A DNA stretch of 64,000 nt from Basidiobolus meristosporus CBS 931.73 (Eukaryota > Fungi > Basidiobolomycota), in contig MCFE01000010.1 in assembly GCA_002104905.1 (NCBI GenBank), positions 62,001 to 126,000 on the forward strand, written 5' to 3'. The notes beneath the pieces are model-generated. The model saw only the letters and a list, made by a program, of their open reading frames with translations, made no database searches and was not told the DNA's origin. This document shows, one piece after another, positions 1 through 11,186 of the stretch (position 1 is its first letter; each line of letters begins with the position of its first letter). The translations under genes and the position numbers were made by a program.

Positions 1-25
1 ATGGGATTGCGCAGTCCTGTTGACA

Positions 26-3000
26 TTAGCGCTCTTGGTTGAATCTTGCCCTGGCCTACTCAGTCATGTAAGCAATGGTGACCGATTCAAATTAACAAAC
101 ACAATTTACCATCTTTTTGACTTTATCTTGATAGGTCTCATTCGGATCGTCTGCAACATATGCCTGGGTGGCGCCAAGTCCGGCTCCATGTCCGTATTGC
201 ACAGCCTGGGTATTGATTAGCAACGAATGAAACAAGATTAATGGATGGAACTCGGTTACCTGAATGGGATCGACAATTCCGTTGCGGTCTTTCCCGAGAC
301 CTTCACCGGCACGCCAGCCCATGCTCTGTAGCATGCGATTGCCGATATTGTCATCGCCAATTGTTTGACTCGTGGTTGTTCTGGACTGTCGTGAGTGGGC
401 GTTCTTTGGAAGATCGATATGCATGACATACCTGGGCTCCATGGTGTGGCATTCCCGTCTAGTTGGTCGAGGTGAAGTTGTGGATCGTACTTTTCTTGGC
501 TGCCCGTATTTCTCTCTCCTCTCGGCTGCCCTATTTCGGTATTTCGCCTACAACAAGGCTCAGCAAGTGCCAACCGTCGAAAGGCAAACCACCCATCCTA
601 CCGTATTCTCCTGGCGGTGCTGGCTCTCTTCCTCGGTCAAAACAAGTGATTTCTTTAACGTCGCCGCCTGCCGCACGCGAGAGTCGTTCAAATTACGCTA
701 AGACCGCGTTAATACCGGGCTCGAGCAGGATATGAACGCGACATACTAAGGTGCATACCTGGTGCAATTCTGAGGCTTCGTTGTGCTTACAGAGGTCATC
801 CAAGGACTTGAACTGGCGCTGGCATAAGAGGCAAACATTGTTCACGTAATCACCAAAGTCTTCCGACGGCTTTGGTAAAGGGAAGTAAGTAACGTTGCTG
901 TTGAAGACTGCTGTTCGACTGTTTAGGGCTTTACCTGATCTGATTCATTTGATATAGTGGACGACAGTTCAACCTGTTTCTCATTCCACCTTTGGATTTG
1001 GTTTCGAAACTGCATGTCTTACAGGTGAAAAAGTGGTACATGCCACCAGATGATATAGGGATGCTGACCTTTCCACTGCTGTTCGCAACCACCACTTTCT
1101 TGGCAGCTAAATTTATCGAGTTTCCGTTAGTAGATGAATCGACATGAACCCCGAAACCTCGGTAAAGAAACCAATTCTCTGACTATCACTATTGGTCTTT
1201 GTTGCGTCTTGGCGGATATCCCTAGAGGTGCTCCTGATTAATGAATGAGATAGGACAATAGGCAAGTTTGGGCATGTACCCTGGGCGCTTGGTCTTTGCG
1301 GGTAGACTTTGTTTCACATGGGGCTCTGTTGGATGTGTGGACGTTGAGCTAGAAGTGGGGCAAGTGGAGGATAAATCGAGCGAACCTTGTTTAGCTTCTT
1401 TCTCACCTCCCTTGGAGGTGCCACGCAGGTCATCAAAGAACGCGTTGAGCTCATCATCGATCTCTCCTACATATTTCGAGGGTGCAGGTTTGCTTTCCTT
1501 AATTATGGCCTGGACGGTGGTGGCTTCATTTTTCCCTTGATCACTGGATGCTATGTCCAGTGCCACGTCGGAGTAGAACGCATCCAGTTCTTTTTCCACA
1601 TCGGCTAGAAACGGTAGAATCGTTAAACAACTTCGAAGGTGCTTATTGTGTGACTTGTCTTGATTTTACTTGGGTCCCGAAGTTGAGGCTCTGCCTCTTT
1701 AACCGCATGAGAAGGGTTCATTAACTCGGGTGGAATGCTGGGTCCTATGAATTGGGTCTGTTTGGGCGTTGAATGGTCTACTATGGGATACATGCTTGGA
1801 AAGGCATTCTCATCCCAGTACGCCAAGACATGTCCAGTGTCGGTGGTTATCGTATAAGGTGACGGCGCATAAACCGGGATAAAGCTCTCGTGGTGAGCAA
1901 ACGTAACTCCGGTGGGTCGATTATCTATGAGAAACCCAGTTGGATGGGCTTCAGGGTTCAACATCTGGGCCAAAGCGTGAGAGGATGTCTAGTAGGCGCT
2001 TGTTAGGCGAGGCGTGTTGAAGAAATCACAGTCGGTACACTTACCTGTGGGTCGTGAAACTCCACAAAAGCGAAGCCCCAAGAAATGCGGGACATCTTGT
2101 CCTTGATTAGGAAAACACTCTTGACTGGCGCAATGGGAGTCAAAGTAGTGAAGATGGTCTCTTCGGTTGTAAGTGGGTCTAGGCCGCGTAGCAGTAATAT
2201 AGTATGTGGGACGTGGCCGATATCTGAAGCTCCGTCGTTGACTGCAAAGTTGTATGCGGGATAATGCTGCACCTCGAAAGTAGCTGATTCTATAGTGGAA
2301 TCTATGAGTTTAGCCTGTTTGAGTTGTTGATGGAAAGAGTAGGCTGTTTGGACCTTGCTTTGGAATTCTACACTGATGACAGTATTCTCGGCGCTTGAAA
2401 TTGGAAAACGAACACTGAAGACACACGCTGTAAATCGATCCATCCCACAAACAAAATTGATGCTGAACTAAATACCCTGGCACATTTCCAGCCATCATCA
2501 GCGATGGACGGCGAGTTGCTGTAGTCGAGCCTAACCGCACGCCCTTCCATCTGAAAGCTAGGGTAGTAGCGTTCCAAAAAGAGTTTAGCATGCTCGACAC
2601 TAGGAAATCTGACAAACGCAAAACCGCGTGGAAGCCCTATCACGCATCGTTAATCATCGACGAAGTTGACGGATCGAGCAGCGAAGGTCCTACCGGTTCG
2701 CTTGTCCATAATCAGCCGAATCTCTTCAAAGCTGGCACCCAGCTTGGCCAAGGTTTCTTTTACCTAGTGGAACGGAGAGAAAGCAGACTGTTGGCCACTG
2801 GTCGAATCGACAAATAGTGATTTCAATACATACCGAATAGTCTGACACATTGTTCGGGAGGTTTTGAAGGACTATGCACTGATTTGGCTCGCCTGGTGGT
2901 TTGTCATCCTTGGGTTACGAGAGAGTTAGGGTTGTTGTTCAGGTACGACCGAGTTACCTTGTGTAATGGAAAACACGTACTTCATAATCTCTACCATAAT

Positions 3001-3352
3001 GTGGTCTTTCAAAGCGGTCGTTTCTATCATGTCTATATTCTCTATGAGATCTGTCTCTTCTACCATCTGGGCTTGTACTCCGACTTCTCCCTCTACTTCT
3101 ACTTCTGCTTCTACTTGAGCGATACCTGTGCCGATCTCTTCGCTTATCGTGGTCCTCATCGTTGTACTCTTTTCTTTTAGTGTTGTAGTGTTGCTCGGCA
3201 TGATCCCTACGCTGGGAATCGTATTCGTGCTCAGGTTCCCTTCGCTTGGAATCATAATCGTGCGTAAGATCCCTTCGTTTAGGCTCATAATCTCTACGTC
3301 TAGGACGTCGATCATGTCTACTATCGTATTCCCGTTCCCGATCCCTGTCCAT
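26..3352 (-). CDS. Multi-exon RBM5/RBM10-like RNA-binding splicing factor (RS-rich N-terminus, RRM, RanBP2 zinc finger, RRM, C2H2 zinc finger, G-patch)
   Basis: Minus-strand exons translate to MDRDREREYDSRHDRR (ATG at 3352), RRM1 GFAFVRFPSVEHAK, RanBP2 ZnF WKCA..CSFSNFKRREYCHQC, RRM2 ILLLRGLDPLTTEE..GFAFVEF, C2H2 CLLCQRQFKSLDDLCKH, YRNRAAERREKYG, G-patch NIGNRMLQSMGWRAGEGLGK, last exon ARARFNQER-stop (TAA at 28-26). Short GT..AG introns; internal exon boundaries not all resolved. Confidence 0.9.
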
Positions 3353-3939
3353 GTTTGTTCTTCACCAAAGTTGTGTTTCACTTGGGCACTACCAGCACTT
3401 CGAATAAATTGACTGTCCCGCGTATCACGTGACATGGCCCCCGATTTCACTATGCAGTGAATTCAATGTATCAATACATGAAAAATCCAAATCGAACGTA
3501 AAAGACCAAGATTCTTGTCATCGAGGCTTCCGCCAGCATCAACCCTTAAATATCGGTAAAGAGCACTTGCATCCGTCTGCCCCAACATTCAATATTCAAC
3601 AATAATGCCAGCGTATGGGAAGGCACTTAATCATTACCACACGATAAAATCCGAAAGCATCGGTTTCTGAACATGTAATTAGTTTCTTGAATTGTATGCT
3701 TGTATTCTCATATAGAACACACACCAGAACAGTAGTTAAGCGAAAGACTGCGCCGTGATGAGTTAAATGTTGCCGTATCTCGAATGAAATCGACTCCAAA
3801 TCAACAGTATCCGGCGTCAAGTGGCTTAACCTCCTCATATTAATCAGCTCTTAGCACGCCAATGAATATCTGGATGTCAGCAGGTGTAGTGTAGTCTAGT
3901 ATATACCGAGGGTTGCGCTCAACTCACCTTGTATCATTC

Positions 3940-4430
3940 AGACTATCTTCAACCATCTGTGGAAGGGGAGTGACTACGAAGGCAAAGAGGAGGAGCTTGC
4001 CGAAATGAATGAAGCAATCAAAGACTTTGAGGCCACTGGAAAGCCATTTGGAGAGATCCAGGTTCAGTCATCCCCACCTCCAAACACGCCACCCAAAATC
4101 AAGAAGCTTGTGGAGGAAGAGTTGGCAGATGGACGCGGCTTCCTTGTGATCGGAGGATTTGATCCTGACAAGTACACTTGCTCACAACAAAGCGGGTGTC
4201 TCTGCTCATGTTAGGAAGCAAGGATTACAGGGTAGACATGCTCTTGGTAGGTGGGCATGTCAAGTACAAATGTAACAGAATACTTAATATCATGATTTTC
4301 AGGCCATATCAATGCTGAGAAGTACAGCTGTAGCATTGGCTTTCAGAAAGATGACATTCAGTACATCAACATTCTGTTGATTTTCCATGCCTGTGATGGC
4401 TTTGTAGACTCTGATGAGAAGTAGCAAGTA
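3940..4430 (+). pseudogene. Truncated TauD/TfdA (clavaminate synthase-like) dioxygenase N-terminal fragment
   Basis: Frame reads HLWKGSDYE..ELAEMNEAIKDFEATGKPFGEI..KLVEEELADGRGFLVIGGFDPDKYT, then after a break AGVSAHV..QG..HAL, an apparent GT..AG intron and (G)HIN. This resembles the N-terminus of fungal TauD-family proteins. No continuation before the TE cluster; family call is from motif recall only. Confidence 0.6.
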
Positions 4431-4519
4431 TAACAGTTTACTGGCACAACAGCCAAATGAATCATTCCTTGAGGAAACTAACCCATTGCTTCAAAAGGCA
4501 TCATCTGCTAAGTGAATGT

Positions 4520-5340
4520 TCAGGTGTAATTACAAAACTTGCAACACTCTCACTCAACTTAACATTCATATTGATTATGTTATAAATGTTGTAATTACCC
4601 CTGGATATTCACCAAACTTGGTCACTTAGATCATAGTCTACAAGCTATAGAGAATTCTGGCCAAATTATTTTAAATATCATCATCATAGCATGAAGCACC
4701 CAGAACATAAGATATCTCAAAATTGTCCAAACAGCCCCAAACTCTGTGCACTTGTTTTTGAAGCCTTCATGAGCATACTCTATGTGTTTGGCTTATCAAG
4801 ACCATGTAAAAATATGAACACTACTTTTACATTCCATAGATTTTAAGTGAAAGCAATATAATCTACTTCTTCTCTCAATCACTTGCAATATCTCCAAAAC
4901 TCCTATGACAAATTTTATCATATCAGGTACTTACATATATTGACTAATCCAGTACCACAAATGATATACTTGGATCTACTTCATGGAATGAAAGGAAGTA
5001 GCACTGTCCCAGTTGAGGGTGTTTAAAGCTATGGTGGCATAAGAAACTGGTGAAAAAATCAAGAAAGTACACTTTGATAATGATGGAAAATATACCTAAA
5101 AATTCTTCATCCACCTCTGTAAATTCATGGAATAAAGTAAGCAACCACTCTACCACATTCCCTATAGCAAATTCTTCTGTCAAAAAATGCAACCAGATCT
5201 ATAATTGATATGATGATATCCATCATTTTTGGATGAAATAAATTACTATGGCTAGCAATCCTGAAAGTAGAAGTTATAGCAAAGTACTTTGTGAGTCTAT
5301 GCTATTTGAGGCATTGTATGGATAGAAACCAGATGCAGAT
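4520..5340. mobile_element. Old copia family-D relics (diverged LTR ~4575-4909 plus integrase fragments)
   Basis: Degenerate similarity to the D LTR and to D integrase DNA (gaaactggtgaaaaaatcaagaaa, shared with 14935-14958). Confidence 0.6.
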
Positions 5341-6224
5341 GGCTGTCAGAGCTTTGGAGATATTGCAAGTGATTGGGAGAATGGGTAGATAATGTGGTAT
5401 TCACATAATGATTTGTTGAATGTGAAAGTAGTATTTATACTTTTACATAGTCTTAGCATAACAAATATGTAGCATAGGTTAAGGAAGGTCCCAAGACCAT
5501 GTGAGCAAGGTTTGTGGCTGTTTGGACAACTTTGAGAATTATCATGTTCTGGGTACCTGGTATTTTGATGATAATATTCTAAGTAAATCCCAACAAGGAA
5601 TTTGGTCAGTATTTTCTAGGATGTGAAGGTAATGATCTAGGTGACTAAGTTAGGTGAATATTTATGTGGAATTACAAATTTTACAACACTCCCACTCAGC
5701 TAAATGTTCATATGGACTAGACTTAATTTTGACCTAAGATATTCAAACTTTTCTCTAGCTAATGGTTTGGTAAATATGTCTGCAATCATATCATCTGACA
5801 AGCAGTAAACTAAGCAAACTAGTTATTCTCTATAGTGTCACCTATGAAATGACGTCTAATATCTATGTGCTTAGTTCTAGCATGAAAAGTTGGATTTCTA
5901 CCTAATTGTATACTTCCATGGTTATCCTGAAATAAAGTAAAAGGCATTTTTTGACATAGGCCTAAGTCTGTAAAAAGCTTTCTTAACCACATTGCTTCTT
6001 TTGTAGCTTCACAGGCTGCCATCGTACTCTGCCCTGTGGTGGGAAGTGCTACAGTTGGTTGCTTTCTTGAATTCCATGAAATTGCTCCTTTATAGTAAAG
6101 AAAGGTGTATGCTGTGGTGATCTTCTGTCTTCCAAATTTTGTCTCCAATCAGCATCAGAGTATCCCACAAGATCCTGTTCTGAATCCTTATAAGTGTATC
6201 TTAAGCAGATATCAGCAGTTCCTT

Positions 6225-6493
6225 TGTTGTAGATCTGAGATATTGAGTGATTTGAACAAGTAATTATGTGTTTCACTTAATGATTATCGATGTAAATAGT
6301 ATTATACTTTACTGTCTTGCATTACAAACAGTAAATAGTAAGACGTCAAGACATGTTGCAAAGTTGCTGTTGACACTTGAGAATTCCATGTTCTGTACTG
6401 CATTGTGATATATTCTAAGTAATCACAGATTGTCAGTATCTCTAGATTGAAGATGATCTAGTGACTAGTAGTGATATTAGTGATACAATTACA
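6225..6493 (-). repeat. Solo D-family LTR inside the RT of D1 (deletion-rich copy)
   Basis: Collinear with the D LTR (tgttgta..gagatattg..) but with many 1-bp deletions; splits the RT sequence cagttccttt|..agtatctaaaa. Confidence 0.7.
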
Positions 6494-8114
6494 CTTTAGT
6501 ATCTAAAATCGCTAACTGCTGACTATGATCAGATCCACAGTTCTGATATATTGGTGACAACTCCCACAAATATGAGATATCTGGACGTGTTCCAAGCATG
6601 AAATACATCAGACTGCTGACCATAGATTGATAAGGAAAGTCAGGGCTTTCAGATGGCACCAAGCTCTCTTGATTTGGTTGAGTTTTGACCAAGTTAAGGT
6701 TTGTCTCCATTGGGGTAGCTGCCAGTTTACAGTCTTCCATTTGGTACTTCTTTAGTATATCTTGAATATACTTGGATTGGCTTAGGGTGATAGTCTGGGT
6801 ACTTCTGTCTATGGAGAACTTAATCCCTAAGTAGTAACTAAGTTCTCCTAGATTGTACATCTTGAACTCCTTAGATAGGCTGGATTTAGTCTCTTCTAAT
6901 GTTGCTAGGTCATTGGTGGCTATAATAAGATCACCCACAGATAGAGCTAATAGAACTGGATTTGCTCTATCTGGCTTATAGTATATACTATAGTCAGCAT
7001 TACTTCTTTTGAAACTCAAGATTCCAAATAAGAATCTATCTTGCAATTCCAGGCTCTTGGTGATTGTTTGAGACCATATAGTGACTTTTTCAGCTTGCAG
7101 ACTAAATGGGGGTTATCTTGGTCAACAAACCCATCAGGCTAGTCCATATACACGTCCTCATCAAGTTCTCCATTCAAAAATGCAGCTTTTACATCCATTT
7201 GATGAATAAAAAACAAATATTTGGCTGCAATAGCCAATATTAATCTGATGGAATTAAACTTGGCTACCAGTGCAAAGGTCTCAGTATAGTCAAATCCTTT
7301 TGCTTGAGAGTATCCTTTGGCTACAAGTCTTGCTTTGTACCTTTCAATTGTACCATCAGCCTTGTATTTTGTCTTGAAGACCCATCTGCATCCACTTGAT
7401 TTCTGGTTGATTGCAATTTACTAAGTCCCAAGTTTGATTTTCCATCAAGGCCTGATATTCCTCAGTCATTGCAGATCTGCCAAGACTTTGTCTAAGGGCT
7501 ATTTAGCACCTCTTTTACAGTCTGGGGCTCATCAATATGGACCGAATAAGCATAGGCTAAGTTTGTACCCTCATTGATATAGTAATTTGGGCTATTTCTT
7601 TCCTGATTGGATCTCTGGGCATTTGATACTGGAATGATCACTTCTGGGATGTTCCAGGGTACTGATTCTGGCTGAACCATGGTTGTAGAGTTCTCTGGAG
7701 TGAAAAGATTTTCAGTGTTTTGCTCTGATTCAATCCTGACAATTGGTGGATTTGAGATCAGATTTTTGTCATCATCTGATATCATTTTTTGTGAAAATTT
7801 CAGATTTTCATCAAACAACACATCCCTGGACTTGATTAGCTTCTTTGCTTTGGAATTGTAGAGTCTGTATGCTTTACTCTCATTGCAGTAGCCCAAAAAG
7901 CATGCATATTACACTTTTTGGCTCAAATTTTGACTGATTTCTTGGCAGTTTCTAGGCATATGACTGTACACCCAAATATTCTTAGATGTTCTGCACCTGG
8001 GCTGTGTCCATACCATGCTTCAAATGGAGTAGAACCACAAAGTATTCTGTTCTAACTCCTATTTTTGAGATATGCAGCAGTGGCACTGATTCTGCCAAAA
8101 TCATAGGATGATCT

Positions 8115-8435
8115 TGTTGTAAGAGTCTTAGAGATATTGGAAGTGATTTGGAGAACAAGTAGATTATGTGCTTTCACTTAATGATTCATTGAATGTAAAA
8201 TAGTATTTATACTTTTACCTGTCTTGCATTACAAATACATAGAATAGTTACGGAAGGTCTCAAGAACATGTGCAAGTTTGGGCTGTTTGACAACTTGAGA
8301 TTCTCATGCTCTGGTACCTGTATTTGGTGAAAATATCTAAGTAAATCCAACAAGGAATTGGTCAGTATTCTCTAGGATTTGAAGTAATGATCTAAGTGAC
8401 TAAGTTAGTGAATATTAGGTGGAATACAATTATAA
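8115..8435 (-). repeat. Solo D-family LTR inside the integrase of D1
   Basis: Starts tgttgtaagagtcttagag; flanks GATCT (8110-8114) and GATTT (8436-8440) fit a 5-bp TSD with one mismatch. Confidence 0.8.
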
Positions 8436-10670
8436 GATTTTGGATCATGGATCATAGATCTTGCCATATCAAATATTGATCTGCTAGCATGTTCTGCTAC
8501 TCCAGTTTGCTGTGGGGAGTATGGTACTGTAGTCTCTTGCTTTATCCCATGAATTTTGCAGAAGTGGATGAAGAGTTTTGAGGAATATTCTCCACCATTT
8601 TCAGAGTGTATCTTCTTGATTTTTTCTCCAGTTTCTCTCTCCACTATGGCTTTAAACTCCCTAAGCTTAGACAGATCTCCTTCCTTTCTCTCCATGAAGT
8701 AAACCCATGTGTATCTTGTATAATCATCAATAAAAGTGATTAAATACTTCTTCCTACCTAAGGATAAGTATTTGCATAGGTCCACAGAGATCTGAGTGAG
8801 TTAGATCTAATTTTTTCTTAGTTTTGATTAACCCAGAGCTCTTGAACGGTTGTCTGGCTTGTTCTCCATATATGCAGGCTTCACAGTGCTCCAAATTAGC
8901 TGGGTGATCAATTTTTACTCCAGAAATTGGCTGATCTTTGATCATTTTGCACAAATAATCAATATTGATGTGCCCAAATCTCCTGTGCCAAGGCATTGGT
9001 GTTTCTTCATTTAAAATACCTATATTGGCTTCCATATATGTTGGAATATATGTTAACTTGCATAGATTCTGATCTCTGATACCCAAAGCAATATGGGCAC
9101 CATTTTGATCAGTGATCTTGCATTCAGAATTGTCAAAGCTGAAGCTGAGTCCTTCTGCTGTGGCCTTGCTTACAGATAGTAGGTACTTGGCTATTTCTGG
9201 TATATAGAGTACTTCTTCAAAGGTCAGTGTATGGCTTCCTTCACTGCTTCTAAGGTTTACTTAGATTGTTCCTTCTCCCACTGCATCAAGTGTTCTATCA
9301 TCACCCATTAAAACCTTCTTGATATGAGTATCTTGATATTGTTGTAAAAATTTGTAATTCTACCTAAATATTCACCTAACTTAGTCACTTAGATCATTAC
9401 CCTTAAATCATAGAGAATACTGACCAAATTCCTTGTTGGGACTTACTTAGAATATTTTCACCAAAATACCAGGTACCCAGAGCATGAGAATTCTCAAAGT
9501 TGTCCAAACAGCCCCAAATATTGCGCACATGTTCTTGGGACCTTCCTTAGCCTATCTTACGTGTTTGTTATGCCAAGACCAGGTAAAAGTATAAATACTA
9601 CTTTTACATTCAATAAATCATTAAGTGAAAACCACATAATCTACTTGTTCTCCCTATCACTTCCAATATCTCCAAGTCTCTTACAACAGGTTATGAGCCC
9701 CAAGCTGTCACTCTCTGCAATGTCTACTCCTGCTATTACTGGAATTTTTCCCATCTGCTGAAAAGTTGGATAGATCTAACTACCAAGTGTGGAAGGTGAA
9801 GATGAAGATGCTGCTAAAAGAAAGAGGTCTTTGGGATATTGTCATGAGAGAAGAATGCCCTCCTAAAAACATGGGAGAGGAAGCCTTAAAGTACCGGAAG
9901 AAAGAACAAAGTGCCTTTAACTGTATTTGCCTTAATGTCAAGGACAAATTGCAAATTCAATGCTCAAGAGCAAAAAAGGCAAAGAATGCCTGGAAAGCAT
10001 TAGAAGACACCTATCAGTCATGTCCAGCTGCCAAGAAAATGTATCTGAGACGAAAATTCTTTGCTACAAAGATGCAGCCAGGAGAAGAAATGAAAAATCC
10101 AATCAACAGAATTACCCTGCTGGTAGATGAGATGGAATCCATGGGTGTACCAGCTACTGAAGAGGATGTGATAGTTACCAACCTGAATAGCCTGACAGAC
10201 AAGTTGCAGGGCCTTGTATCAGCCCTAGAGTCCAGAACTGAAGATTTGACCTTAAATTATGTATATGGAAGGCTCCTGGATGAAGAATTAAGAAAATCAA
10301 GCGCTGTGGTGGTGTAGAGGTACTCCTGGGAGAAGCTACACAACTCAAGGTGTGTGAGGTGTCTGATGGGTGCAATAACCTCTGTGTCTAAACTGCTGGT
10401 GTCTTTGTCAATATGTCACTATGGTAAAAGCTCCTGCTTCTCTAGCTTCCTAGGTGCTCCAAGTGTCTCCAAAGGCCTCTGTGTGTCTTGTGCACTACCC
10501 TGAAAAGCTCCTTGATGGCAGGTCTGAGATGTACTGTTGAAGGCAGGTGCAGTGATCAACTGCTAATCAATAAGGTAGAAGTATTACTGATAGAAGGGAT
10601 GATTTATTGATGAGGGATTGCTTTCCCTTAAATACTTTTCCTGATTGCCAAGTGATTACTAATGACAAGG

Positions 10671-10683
10671 TTCTAGAAGATTC
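10671..10683. promoter_or_regulatory. Perfect heat-shock element in the A LTR (also in all other A LTRs)
   Basis: TTCtaGAAgaTTC = three alternating nGAAn units. Equivalent sites: C1 24531-24543, C2 42201-42213, B 30459-30471. Confidence 0.65.
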
Positions 10684-10814
10684 TAGGTATCAGTGGAATT
10701 CTTGATGACATCACTATGAGCTAAAAATATGCCAAGAATGTCCTGGAAGGTTCTAAAAGGCACAGCACTCTCAACCAATCAGGAATCAGTAGTCTGAAAC
10801 CTGTGCAACATAGA

Positions 10815-10832
10815 AATACCATATATGGTATT
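10815..10832. promoter_or_regulatory. 18-bp palindrome containing the CArG box CCATATATGG
   Basis: aataccatatatggtatt; the same CC(A/T)6GG core occurs in C1 (24678-24687) and B (30547-30556). Confidence 0.6.
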
Positions 10833-11186
10833 GAAATGGTAGAGATGGTAACACAGACCTAGGTCATGTGTCACGGGTACTGACGCGGGTACTTGCCTTA
10901 TACAGATACATCAACTGATCACAAAGCTGAATAACATCTGGGATAACTAATGCTAATAACTAATCAGGGTAAACATCATATGGGGATAATACTGATAATA
11001 TGGGCAAAAGAAGAATGGGATAATACTGATAAGATAAAATATGGATAAGTATATCATAATGACTATATGAATAAACTTGTCTGTGGGAGGTATGTTTACC
11101 CTACCACATCCACCCCCCACTTGAGCTAAAAAGTTTCAGGGAACTTTTTAGCTAACCACTGTAAGTTTGGAGAACAAAGTGCTCTC

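Larger units (their letters stand above)
5343..9339 (-). mobile_element. Ty1/copia element D1, 5'-truncated (3' LTR ~5343-5688, RNase H, RT, integrase, GAG-pre-integrase, part of protease)
   Basis: PPT complement ctcccactcagc at 5689. Fragments WNSRKQPTVALPT, HARTKHIDIR, YLGIKF, WHRRFGHIN, HSDLCGPM, ENGGEY. Many stops and frameshifts; cut at 9339 by D2. Confidence 0.9.

Noticed and set aside
2884-3450. Overlapping ORFs (2884-3180+, 3128-3412+, 2926-3450-) over the RS-rich exon
   Set aside because: Alternative-frame by-products of low-complexity Arg/Asp/Ser coding sequence.
6225-6560. Deletion-riddled D LTR and adjacent RT as a distinct short-LTR subfamily (likewise 8115-8435)
   Set aside because: Differences are mostly scattered 1-bp deletions that run on into the flanking RT, typical of poorly polished long-read consensus; needs read-level checking.
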